Source of the DNA: Balamuthia mandrillaris
Lineage: Eukaryota
DNA: 64,000 nucleotides
NCBI GenBank assembly: GCA_031835245.2
Contig: JAVKOQ020000019.1
Coordinates: 1 to 64,000 of the forward strand
Direction: 5' to 3'
The position numbers and the translations under genes were made by a program. How positions within the stretch are numbered: position 1 is the first letter of the stretch; every line of letters starts with the position of its first letter. Shown here piece by piece: positions 11,911-22,700 of this stretch. Below the pieces are notes generated by a model. The model did not search any database. It was not told the origin of the DNA and was given only the letters and a program-made list of their open reading frames with translations.

Positions 11911-12476
11911 GAAGAGAAAGCAAAGCAAACATGAACGAGAAAAACTAGAGAATAAAACAAATAGACATACCACAAACGAATGAAAAGAACGCAAACGGCC
12001 AAGTTGAGGCAGTGAGGAAGCCACCACAAGAAATAATAAAGATCAACGCCTTCATCCAACTGCCAAACTGCAAAAAATAGACTTCGCACTGTTTACAAGA
12101 GAGAGAGAGAGAGAGAGAAAGAGAAGTTCAACATAAAAAGACGAAGCCGATAGAACATCAAGAAGAAAGGAGTTATTAGTGCTGGACTGGAGGAAGAAGA
12201 GGAGACGGAGCTTTCTCCTGTTCTTGGAGCCAATAGGGGGTGGGAGGGGAGAAGTAAAACCAGAATCATACCAAGTGCACTCAGAACCGCAAAAGCAAGC
12301 ATAAACTTGGTGGTGTGCTGCACGATCTTTTTCCTTTTGACTCGAATGAAGACGGCTCGGAAGGCCTGAAACAAGCCCGTTACCAGAAAGATCAGACCCA
12401 TGATCGCGCAAAACGCGGCGGACAGGCCCTCATTGTAAAGCAGGATGGAGTCTTGTCCTGACTCGCTGGAAGACAT
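9517..12476 (-). CDS. Seven-transmembrane domain fused to a TKL-group protein kinase (multi-exon)
   Basis: Seven hydrophobic segments in 12476-11250, then WTIDYKKL, VGSGAG, VAVKRL, LRHDNIVSFYGAC, HRDLKPE, IGDFG, YIAPE, DVYSMG and CWDLDAKQRPS. Confidence 0.85.
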
Positions 12477-12618
12477 TGAGCTGGTGGACTCTTGTGTGCT
12501 CTGTATCTCCTTTTTTCTTTTTCGTTGGCCATAAAGGTGATATGGCTTTTAATCAATCGTAATTTGCTTATATACGAGGGGAATAGCGGTAATGGCACAC
12601 TCCTGTTCCCTGCGAGTT

Positions 12619-13454
12619 TTATGAAACTCGTTGATAGAGAATGTTGGTGCGAAGCATGTACTTGCAGCCTTTGGTAAGGACAGCGCCTTCATGGTAGAGA
12701 TCATGCTCGTCTCCCTGATAGAACACGATGGCCATACCTGCTTGTGGAGCGACCGCCTCTCTAACTTTGGTCTCGCTTCCCGGTTCGAAAAAGTTGGTGT
12801 GACCGCCTTCAAAACAGGGCAACAATGCTTCGTTGGTCTCTCTTCCTTCTTCTCCACTGAAACAATCGTTGAGGTAAACCATGATGGTGAGCAGACTATG
12901 CAAGCTTTTGCCAGGCCAGATGTGTTGGTCGATGTGAGGCCCAAAGTAATGTCCCTCCAGGTACTTGCAAATTCGTTGGGTGTCTTCCATGCCTTTCAGC
13001 TGCCATATTTGCTCTTTCTTCTGTTGTGGTTTGCTTGCTTCTTCTCCTTCTTCTTCTTCTTCATCGGATTCTTCAGATTCAAGTACTACTTGTTGAGGCA
13101 GATGGTCCTTCACTCTGTCCAGCAGCAGTGCTGATAACTGTTCGTCTGTTTCCACGATCCGCAAACAACGGCTGCATGGAACAAGCAACGTGAAAGTGAG
13201 TTGTTGTGTTTGGAGCAACCGCCTGAGCAGAACCAAACGAAGCTGAAGGGAGTTGCTTACCGCTCACCAGAAAATTTGCCTTCCCAGCCATGAGCCTCCG
13301 CTGCCTGGATCAACCGGTGACACTCCTCGCGGCTGAACACACCGTAGAGCAACCATCCCTTGCCGTCCAGGATGTCCTTTCTTCCGCTCTGCGTATGCGT
13401 TGCCTCCGTTTTTTCGCTCCGAAGAGCCTTGCCGAAGAGCCCTTCCCCTTCCAT
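12619..13454 (-). CDS. 2OG-Fe(II) oxygenase, prolyl 4-hydroxylase-like (one intron)
   Basis: VFSREECHRLI, KYLEGHYFGPHID (HxD), TIMVYLND, FEGGHTNF, HEG...KYMLRTNILY. Confidence 0.9.
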
Positions 13455-13586
13455 CTTCTCTCTGCTGCGTCTTTCTTCCTTTACATTCTTTTCCCTAAGA
13501 TGGCGCCAAGATCAAGCCGATCAATGGGACAACGAAAATAAAGCAAAATTAGTTGACGGGGGAAAAAAAAAAGAGAAACAAAAAAT

Positions 13587-13806
13587 AACCCACCTCCGGC
13601 GTGCCTAATCACGGCTTGTCTTACGACTCGCTATAAGCAACGGTGCCGGCACCAAAGCAACCTTACCGCCTACCGCCCCCTCACAGAGGAGGAGGAGGTG
13701 GTAAGTGCTTGTAACGTAAAAAAGCGGATCAAGATGTTTCGGGCGGCGTTGGCATCTGGCGATCGGCCAAGCCGCCACATCTTGATCCGCTTTTTACGTT
13801 AAGCAC
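13587..13806 (-). ncRNA. Candidate omegaRNA scaffold of the Fanzor locus
   Basis: Position overlapping and following the 3' end of a TnpB/Fanzor ORF. Contains a long hairpin (13705-13806), a CTTACC...GGTAAG stem (~13662-13705), a GGTGCCGGCACC palindrome (13642-13653) and further short stems, followed by T-tracts. Confidence 0.5.
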
Positions 13807-15406
13807 CAAAGGTCTTGTTTCCCCCCAACTGGTGGTGGACTTGGCCGCACTTGCCGCAGGTCTTGGAGGTGTATTCCTCATCGCAGAGGCAGACCGTACA
13901 GGACGGAAATTGCTTGGCCTTGTTGAGGAGCCTCTGCCTGAAGCGATAGTGGGACCAGGTGAGCATGGCTCTGGCCGTTCGTGAGCCAATGCGGCGGTGG
14001 CCTCGCCGCACCATCTGCTGGCTCCTGAACTCTGGCAGAAGGATGAGGGAGAAGTTCCTGACCAACCAAGACACGAGCTTCTTGTGGAGGTCATCCACCA
14101 GGTTGCGGATCCTCTGGCGAAGCCGAGCAGCGGCCCTTCGGAGACGGCGCCGTTGCCTGTGGTTGCCCTTGGTGCCCTTACTCTGCATGCGGTCCAGGCG
14201 GTGGCACAGCTTGCCTATCTCGTTGATGTCCGCTTTGCCCCACTCGGTGACCTCCCCGCAGCCGTTGTAGGTGGTCATGAATGTGCGCACTCCTGGATCC
14301 AAGGCGATGATGCCTGCCTCTCTCCTTCGGTGCTCACGGGCTTGGCTCTCGCCCATGAGCTTCAAAGGCTGAGGCACACAGAGGTAGTAATGGCCCAGTC
14401 GAGTGTCTTTCACCAGACGAACGGCATAGAGCACCTCCGACGGAACTTTGTAGTTCTTGTCCCTCGCTTTGATTCGCGCCTCCCCGAAGAAGAGTTGGCG
14501 GATGGACTTGCTGTGGTTCCACTCCCTGGCTTGGATGCTGAGAGACTGGCTCTTGTCCTTCCGACCACGGAACTTCATCTTGAATCCAGTCCTGCCCGCC
14601 GCCAAGCTGGTTTTCACGCCGTTGAAGAAATCATCGACGGCGTCACTGCGAATGTATCGAGGAGTTTCCAACACCCACGCAAGGCTCTTGTCCTCTCCGT
14701 TGAAATTGCCGTTATTCAGGAATTTCTCCCTGACTTGTTCCTTCATCTTCTTAAGAGGCATTCCTTTATGTTCACGATGAAACTCCACGGCCTTGTTGTA
14801 GGTCCATCGTACTGTGCCGAACCACTTGGCCAGCGTCTTCTTTTGTTCCGAGCGCGGATAAAGGCGGATCTTCTTCAATCGCCCCACTACCGGTTTCTCC
14901 TCTCCGTTCTTGCCTTTTTTGGTGAGCTGTACGGCTGGGCGAGACGGAACGAGTCCCTCGATGAGGCCTAACAAGCCTTTCTGGTTTTTCTCCTCTTCTT
15001 CCTTCTCCTTCTCCTCTTCCTCTTCCTCCTTCTTCTCCTTCTCCTTCTTCTCCTCCTCCTCCTCCAACACCTTTTCTCCGTTAGGAATGTGCTTGCAGGC
15101 GGTGAACCATCCTGAACCACAGGCAAAGGGTTCTTCCAAGCACAAGGCTTCTGGGCGTATTAATCTTCTCCCGATTTCGCTGGAAAACTGGTTCCAAAAG
15201 GGCTGGGCGGGTGCAGCCTGCGGCCTTCCACGCTTCTGTGCCCTTGCCTGAGGTGCCGCTGGGGCGTTTTCCGCTCTTCTTTTCCGAGTAGCAGTGGGAG
15301 TAGAAGAAGTAGTGGCGCGACCCCCTTCCTTGTGGACCCGACCGAAGTGAACGGCCAACCCGTGAGAGGTAGCAAACTTTTTTCGGCACTGTGGGCAACT
15401 TGCCAT
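13670..15406 (-). CDS. Fanzor2 / IS607-type TnpB-like RNA-guided nuclease homolog; 535-aa ORF (15406-13799) stops before RuvC-III
   Basis: OrfB HTH KIRLYPRSEQKKTLAKWFGTVRWTYN; RuvC-I IIALDPGVRTF; RIRNLVDDLHKK; RuvC-II ILLPEF; WSHYRFRQRL; zinc ribbon EEYTSKTCGKCG. RuvC-III DANAARNILIR lies in frame downstream of the TAA at 13799-13801, and the next stop is TAG at 13670-13672. Confidence 0.92.
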
Positions 15407-15458
15407 TCAGGCCAGCTTCCAGCAGCGTTGTGGAAGAGGCGCACAGAGGTTCGTGATG

Positions 15459-15627
15459 CTGTTCTTTTTAAAACAAAAGAAATCATTAGTGAGGGGTTGG
15501 TAACAAATTTTTTTTCCATCATCAAAAAATGTAGTGAGCGAGCAGAGAAAAAAGAACGCTACCTTTTCACTCGGAGGGATTTCTTTTTTTGTTGTCCTTA
15601 GATCTTATGATTTTTGCGCCGACTTAC
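15459..15627 (-). other. Putative spliceosomal intron in the Fanzor 5' UTR
   Basis: GTAAGT donor at 15627, ACTAAT branch site at ~15490-15485, pyrimidine tract and CAG acceptor ending at 15459, 52 nt before the ATG. Confidence 0.5.
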
Positions 15628-15754
15628 TTTTCGCTGCACGTTCTCTACAGTGACGTCATCAATTATTAAAATGGGTACTGCTGACCTCCCCATTTTTCCA
15701 TGACGACACGATATTTCCCGCCTTTTTTTTTTTTCGTAAAACCTTTTTTTTAGA

Positions 15755-16800
15755 CTATTGCTGCATGCCGACAAAGGCAGCAAGATTGGCAGCGGTGAGG
15801 GAAGAAGAACCGGCAGAAGAAGAAGCGGCAGCGGCAGATGAGTTCTCTTCCTCCACAAGCGCGGAACGATCGCTGAGAAGCTTGGTCTGATTCCATTTGG
15901 GGAAGACGCGCTTGTAAAGGCTCATACAAACGGTGTCGTGGTTCATGATCTTTCCATCAAAGACGCACTTGAAGAGGCCGTGCGTGCCTAGCGGTTCCTT
16001 TATGTGGCCCACTCGTCCGTGTTTCGTCCACAACTCAACTGGCTTAAACCAACGAATGTCATCTAATGTTTAAAATGTGGTTAGAAAAGTGGAATAAAAC
16101 AAAAGAAAAAGAAAACGAACCAGGGAAGTAAAACATGTGTTTGATGGTAGCAGTTCTCTTTCGCACTCTGATGGGGAATCCGCTCAACACGATCTTCTTG
16201 ATGACCAATCGGTCAGGATCAACCGAGTGCAACGAGCCCGATCCCACAAACGCGGGTCCTTCCATTGTTGGTGTATTTGTTGGAGGTGTGAAAATGAGAA
16301 GAGGGCATGGGGGAAAGACGACCGGGCCATAGATGGTCGCCATAGAGCTCCGGTTCAGTCGGAAGAAGCGCTCAAACTTGTGCTTGTCGCTGGCTGTGTT
16401 CTCTGAGAAGATGGGACGCACCACGAACCGCCTGAATCCGAATTGGAATACCAAACGATCCTACATTAGAAAAGCGGTCAACTTCGCACGCAGAACAGAA
16501 GAGAGGTAGAAAAACAAGAAAAAAATGGATAACAAGAGAGGAACCTAAGAGGGGTGAGCAGGAGATTGTTACCTTGGATTTAATGGGAAGGGTATAGCTG
16601 CCATGTCGTTGCACAGCAAAGTTGAGAACTGACTTTTTGTGCTCATGTTTGAACAAACCGCTTAGCACAAAAGGCTTTGTTGCACTTACTGTTGAGGTGA
16701 TTGTTGATGGCACATCTTTAATGTGCACTGTGATATATGTTCCTGGCTGAATTGTCATTCAAAAAGGTGTTATTAAGAACAAATGAGAAAAGAGAAAAGT

Positions 16801-16842
<42 letters not shown>

Positions 16843-18163
16843 GTACAGCAACACCGTCATGCTCTTCCAAAACTTTCTTTTGGGTGCGAGCAAAGTTCTT
16901 GAATTGGAAGATGCGAGCATAATCCAGAGGAAGGTTTTCTTTAGAATCCCATGGCGAGTTACGGAAGCTACGCAGGCCTCGATACCTTTTCAATTTTAAT
17001 ACAAGTGGTGTCAGAGCAATCCAAAAGGAAAACAACCCGCAAAAGTGCAAAGCTACTTACTTTTGGAATCGGATTTTGGCTGGAGTATGTTCTGGTGTTT
17101 GGACTTCATCAGGAAACTCCATGTCCTCAGTTTCCTCTTCCTTCTTTTTGCGCTGTATTTCTTCCAGTTCGTGTTGTGCAGCTTCAGGGTCCACTTCCCT
17201 TCGCTCTTCTTCTTCGTCTTCATCTCCAAAGTTGCTTTGATCATCCTCCTCATCGTAATCACTCTCTTCATTGAAATCTTCATGCATTCCATCCATTTGT
17301 ATTGTTGAAGCACCAGCTTCATTCATATCCATTACTGGTTCCTCCTCTTCTTCCTCTTCCTCGTCCTCTTCCTCTACAACCTCGTTTTGTGCTTCTTCAG
17401 CTTCATCGTCAGAGTCAAGAATCCACGCCGCTTGATATTCGGATGTCCCTTTCGGTACTTTCCTTTTTCTCTTTTTCTTTTGCAAGGCTGTAAAAGATTG
17501 GAATGAAAAATGCTCGTTACTAAATAATCTACTAAATATTGAAGCAGGCTTAGGTGTACAACAAACCTTCTGCTAATTTGAGTTCTGCTTCATCTTCTTC
17601 TCCCCAGTTTTGTTCATTTGCCATTACATCAGGTTCCACTTCAGATTGCAGTGATTCCTAACCCAAAGGAAAGTTAGGACGCGAATTTGGAAAGAGAAAG
17701 AATAAAAGGCTAGAGGATCAGAGAAGTTAAGCGAACCTGTCCTTCATCTGGGCGTAATACGACAGGGGCTTGATTGTTATTGACATCCATTCCACTTGCC
17801 GAGTGTTGAGCAAATGGATTTGGGTCTTGTGGCTCCTCCAGCTGACAATAAATTTTTAAGTATCAGCGGCGACGCTTCAACCAGTAATTAAGAAATTGGT
17901 AGAGGGATAGGCACCTGAACAAGTTGAAAGTCGCCAAAATCAGGAACATGGACAAGATGGTTGGCAGAAAGAGAACCACCACGAAGGTAGCCAGAAGCGC
18001 TAAGAACACCTTTGCTGTTATCGTCAGGATTTGGTGTGAAGGACAAGCTGTCCACCAGCACGTATGGCCGTCCTTCTCTCCAACCCAATTGCTTAACTCT
18101 TATATTGGATAAAAAGCGTACCACTTGTACACCGTCCTATTTATAAAAATCTTGTAAGATAGG

Positions 18164-18200
<37 letters not shown>

Positions 18201-19481
18201 CGAGAAGGGTACTTGAGGGGTATCAAGAGGGAGAAGTTTAGGTGTGTCAGGGAAATGGAACTGAACATAATCCTTCAACTGCTTCTTTGTAGGCGTGTAC
18301 TTTTTTTGCGGAAGAGCTGCTAGGCCCTGGTAACAAAAAGTTGTTAGCAACTGCAGCAACTGGAAACGTATACATACAAAGAACGCTTCTTTGTTTGGAT
18401 TCTCTCAGTAAATACAAACTGTGATTTTACTGAAACAAGACATCATAATCTGAATTCTGATGATTGTTTCTTCCTCGAGAATACCAGCAAGAGCAAAGAA
18501 GAAAGAGACAAAGAGAAAAGTCACAAGAATAGGAGAAGAAGCTAAAAGAAGTACAGCCGTCTACCAACCTGAACTGCAACAAGCACAGAGGGGAGGCCCT
18601 GAGCTTTAATGATAGAAATGAAATATTCACCCAGAGCATCAACACCACTCTCTGCTGGAATGACAAAAACAACAATGTCGGCAGTTTTGCACACGTCCAA
18701 CACGTGATCCTGTTCTCTTGCGGCCTCAAAGAATGTCATTCGTTGTTTAAAGTCCGGAAAACTATTCATATAAATGTTAATATGAGCTTGAAAGAAAGAA
18801 AGAAACAGAAAGAAAGAAACGACAAGGAAGAAAGAAAGAAAGAGACAAAAAAGAAAGAAACACAAAGAGAAGACACAACTAGAAAGAAATGTCAAGAAAC
18901 GAGGAGAAGCAGCAGTTTTGAAATCGGAACGTGAAAAAAGCTGTAAGCTTACATGACGGTGGTAGCACCTTGAGTGCCACGGTCAAGGTCCGACAAGAGT
19001 GTGCGTCGAGTAGCGTTCAAGTCTATTCCTTCGCCCAAAGCTACAAGCGCCTATTATAGTGCCACATGATCAGAAGAGCAAAGAGAGCAGAAACGAAAGA
19101 GCGTAAAGAGGGGCGAGAGAGGTAGTGAATAGGAAACATACAACAATCTTGGGAGGGCCAGCATTGGTTCCAAGCATCTTGCTGAAGAGAACCTCTTGTT
19201 TCTTCTGTTTGCTGCGTTGGCGAGCAACGTTCTTCCGGCTCACATTGGAAGAAACCGGCCGCGTGGCCGCCTTCACAGACACCTTGCCTAAGCAAAGGAG
19301 GAACACAGAAGAGCAGTGTCAGAGATTGGAGAGAGGCTCCTAATCTTTTGTTTTCCAGACAACAAGGGGTCGCACCTTTGGTCTTTCTACGAAGCTCTCC
19401 CTTGGAGGCATGCTTTCCGGACTTGAAAGGTTTGTTGACCTGTTTCATGGGTCCCGCCCTGTGCACGGTGCCGCCTTGCAT
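15755..19481 (-). CDS. TSR1: Pre-rRNA-processing protein TSR1 (multi-exon)
   Basis: [98 protein letters not shown]. Confidence 0.95.
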
Positions 19482-19723
19482 CTTGAGTTTCACACGTAAA
19501 ACACGCGCACACGCTTCAATCAAAAACTACTACTACTACGCTTTTGCGGTGGCACGAGAGACCTGGACGATCAGCCTTCCCTCTCCCTGTACCTTTTTGC
19601 TTCTTTCTCTCCTCCTCCGCCGCCGCACAAGACAAGAAAGAAGGAAGAAACGTTGAGAAACAAATTGGAATGGTTTTTTCCATGTCGACACGCATTGCAT
19701 TTTCGTGTCGTCCTGGTACATAA

Positions 19724-22700
19724 TTAATCTACCATCTCCAGCGAAACAAAAGCAGAAGAAGCAGAAGAAGGAGAAGAAGAAGAAGAAAAAGAAGAAGGTG
19801 AGGTGCTAGTAGAAGATGGTGGCATAGGAGAAGGAGAATAAGTAGATGGAGCCTGGTGGAGAGCCTGTTTGGCTCGTTCTAGCCAGCAGGGCAGGTCGTC
19901 TTGTTCGTTTAGCTCGTTCAGAGTTTTCGCGATGAAAGAGCGCGTCTTCTCAGCCAAAAGTTCCCATTCCTCTTCTTTGTCATTAAAGAGCAGCTCCAAT
20001 GCAGCAAGACCCAACAGAGAAGCCCATAAAGATTCCATCTTATGAAACATATTGTTACATCCGATTTTCTGGTAGCATGAGAGAAAGAGGATTCGCGTAC
20101 CTTCGTTGCTTGAATATCTGAAGTGTGCAATAAAAGCGCCAAGTAATGTTCGTTGGATGCTAACGAGCCATGCTCCTTATAGAGAACTTTTTCTATTTCT
20201 TCCAATGAATGCCATCCACCTTTGAATGGAAAAATAAAGTGAGTAAAACAAAGGAGAAAGAAGATAGGAACAAGCGAAAGGTGTAGTAAACATTACCATC
20301 AACAGCTTGCTTGAAGACCAGGCGGAGATAGCGTCTGCCCATCTCGTCATATGTGCCACTCAAAATGTCGCCTTCCATCACCGAAGTAGAAACTTGTAGT
20401 TGCGTGATGGCGGCTCTTTGTGCCATTAGTTGACGTTGCTTATGCGCCATTTGTAAGTCCTCTCTTTGATGCTCTTGCCCAGCTTTAATCAGTTCTTCCA
20501 GTCTCTCCTGTGATAATCGTCCCTGATATAATTCGTGTTAATGCTCATAGATCGAATATTTTAAAGAAGAACAGAGATACCGATTCGTTTGAGACAGTAA
20601 GACACTCGGAGGCGTGACCGCACACGTCCGTGAATGCGACGAAAAGTACACCATTGGCATCTATATCAAACCTGACATCCACTATCACTCTTCCGGCGCG
20701 AGGCTGTAGAAAAGATAATAAGAAACAATCGACGGCCATAAAGAGAAAGAAGAGTTCAGGTAGAGAGTAAGGTAGGAGCGGGTATCTTGCCTGAGGGGGG
20801 CGAGGACGAAGAACACAGTTACCCAAGTAATTGTTGTGCTGTGTGGAGGGACGCTCTCCCTCATAAATGCTAAATATTAGTAGCTCTTGTCCGGGCTTCC
20901 ACTCAAACTCCATTCTCTGCATTGCAGGAGTGGTTGTGGGCAAAAAAGGTTATGGTGAATTATTGAGTCAAGTTGATGTGTTAAGTTTGTTGTATGAGAA
21001 TGTAACACACAGACCTCTGTGCGAACCACTGGAATGGTGGTATTGCGTTGGAGCATCGTGTGCATCACTCCATCATTATTAACATCAAACCCAATACCCA
21101 ATGGTATCACATCGATGAGAAGAAGGTCTCCAGGATAGCCTCCTTGTGACGCTCCCTTGGCAGCGCCAATACCACATGATATGCCTGGCAAACGAAACAG
21201 CACCCCATCAATAAGCTCAAATAATCAAATAAAGGAGAAAGGACAGACAAAGATGGACGTACTTGGGATAGCTGGCAGCATGGAACCTTTGGTAGCTTCC
21301 TCTCGTTCCTCCACAGCAACAAAGGAGGCCACCGAAGATGCCAAATTATAACGCAAACTTAGCTGAAGCAGTTCCTTCTGTAGTTTTTCGCTATCGTGCC
21401 CCGTTTGAGATAATCGTTGTTCTCTGTCTGAGATCATTTGTTTGGCCATCAAAGCGTGGATTTGAGAGGTGCCTTCCCATAATAGGCTGTGCTCTTTTCC
21501 GCTCGCTTTGAAAGACATAGAGCTGCCATCTGGCTTTTTTGCCCTAAGAGTTATCTCTCCTGTATGTAAAGTGAAACAGTAACAGCATATTAGCTTGAAC
21601 CAGAAACAAAGCGAAACAAACAAAATGCAAATACGAGGGCTTAAGCTGTACCATCAAAGTGATCATTGGGGTAGTTATTGTCAAGTAGAGCAAAGAACGA
21701 GACTGGGTTATTGGCATAAATTGAAGGCATCACATCTGGACAAACTTCTCGAACAGGAAGCTCTCCCCAATCCAATTGTGGGTCCTGAAGGCGAGGCTGC
21801 AGCGCTCGTTTGAGGTGCCTCATGACCTTGCCTTCTAGTCGTTCATGGTCTGTTACGAATTCGAAACGACCAGCTGAAACATCGGCGAGACCTGTAATCA
21901 ACCTGTGACTGGTCGTATTTCCAATTCCTTTTTGAATGTTTGTTTGTTTGTTTGTTTGTGAATTGCATGAATTGAGAAGATGGAATAGAGAAAGTTAGAA
22001 GAATTGGCACTTCCTGGGTACATACCTAAAGTGAAGACACGAGTAGTTCCACGATGAGACGCAACATAATTGATAACTTCTTCTGTGTTCGTGACTTCTC
22101 CTGAAAGAGAGGGGAACGAATAAGTTGAGGTATAATTTACGAAGATGAGATGTTCTTACCATCAGTTAGCAAGATTATTTGCCGTGACTTCCTTTCTTCA
22201 AGACCTTCCTGAAGCAATGCTTGAAGAGGACTGCAAAATGGAAGATGGTAAGAAGAAAGGAACATAAACGACCAATCAGCAACAACCAAGGAAAAGAAGA
22301 AAACAGAACGAAAAACGTACCAAAGAAGTTCAGTACCGCCCATGTCTGCTTTCATTTGGCTAACATATTGCAGAGCGAGCATCACACTGTCGTCGTTGTA
22401 CATTCGTGGGCTCGCAAACAGTGATCTAAATTGACTTCCAAATCCTAACGAGAAAGAAAGGGAAAGGACTGTAACAATTGGTGAACGAAAGAGGAGAAGT
22501 AAAAATACCTGTTATGTTAAACGTGATGTTTGTCGACAATGGAAGTGACTTAAGAAACAAGATCAGAGCGCTCTTTACGTGGTTCATTCGGTTGCCTTCA
22601 GACATTGAACCAGATCTATCTGCCAGAAAGAGTACTTCTGTTGGTGGTATGTCTTCCGTCAGCAGTTCAAAGCTCGGACAAAAAGTCACCATCACTGCAG

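Noticed and set aside
13959..14971. Plus-strand ORFs (up to 324 aa) considered as a TnpA/transposase partner
   Set aside because: They are antisense to the GC-rich Fanzor ORF and have no serine-recombinase, Y1 or DDE motifs.
13560..15750. Terminal inverted repeats or target-site duplication around the Fanzor
   Set aside because: No convincing matching ends were found by eye, so element boundaries are not called.
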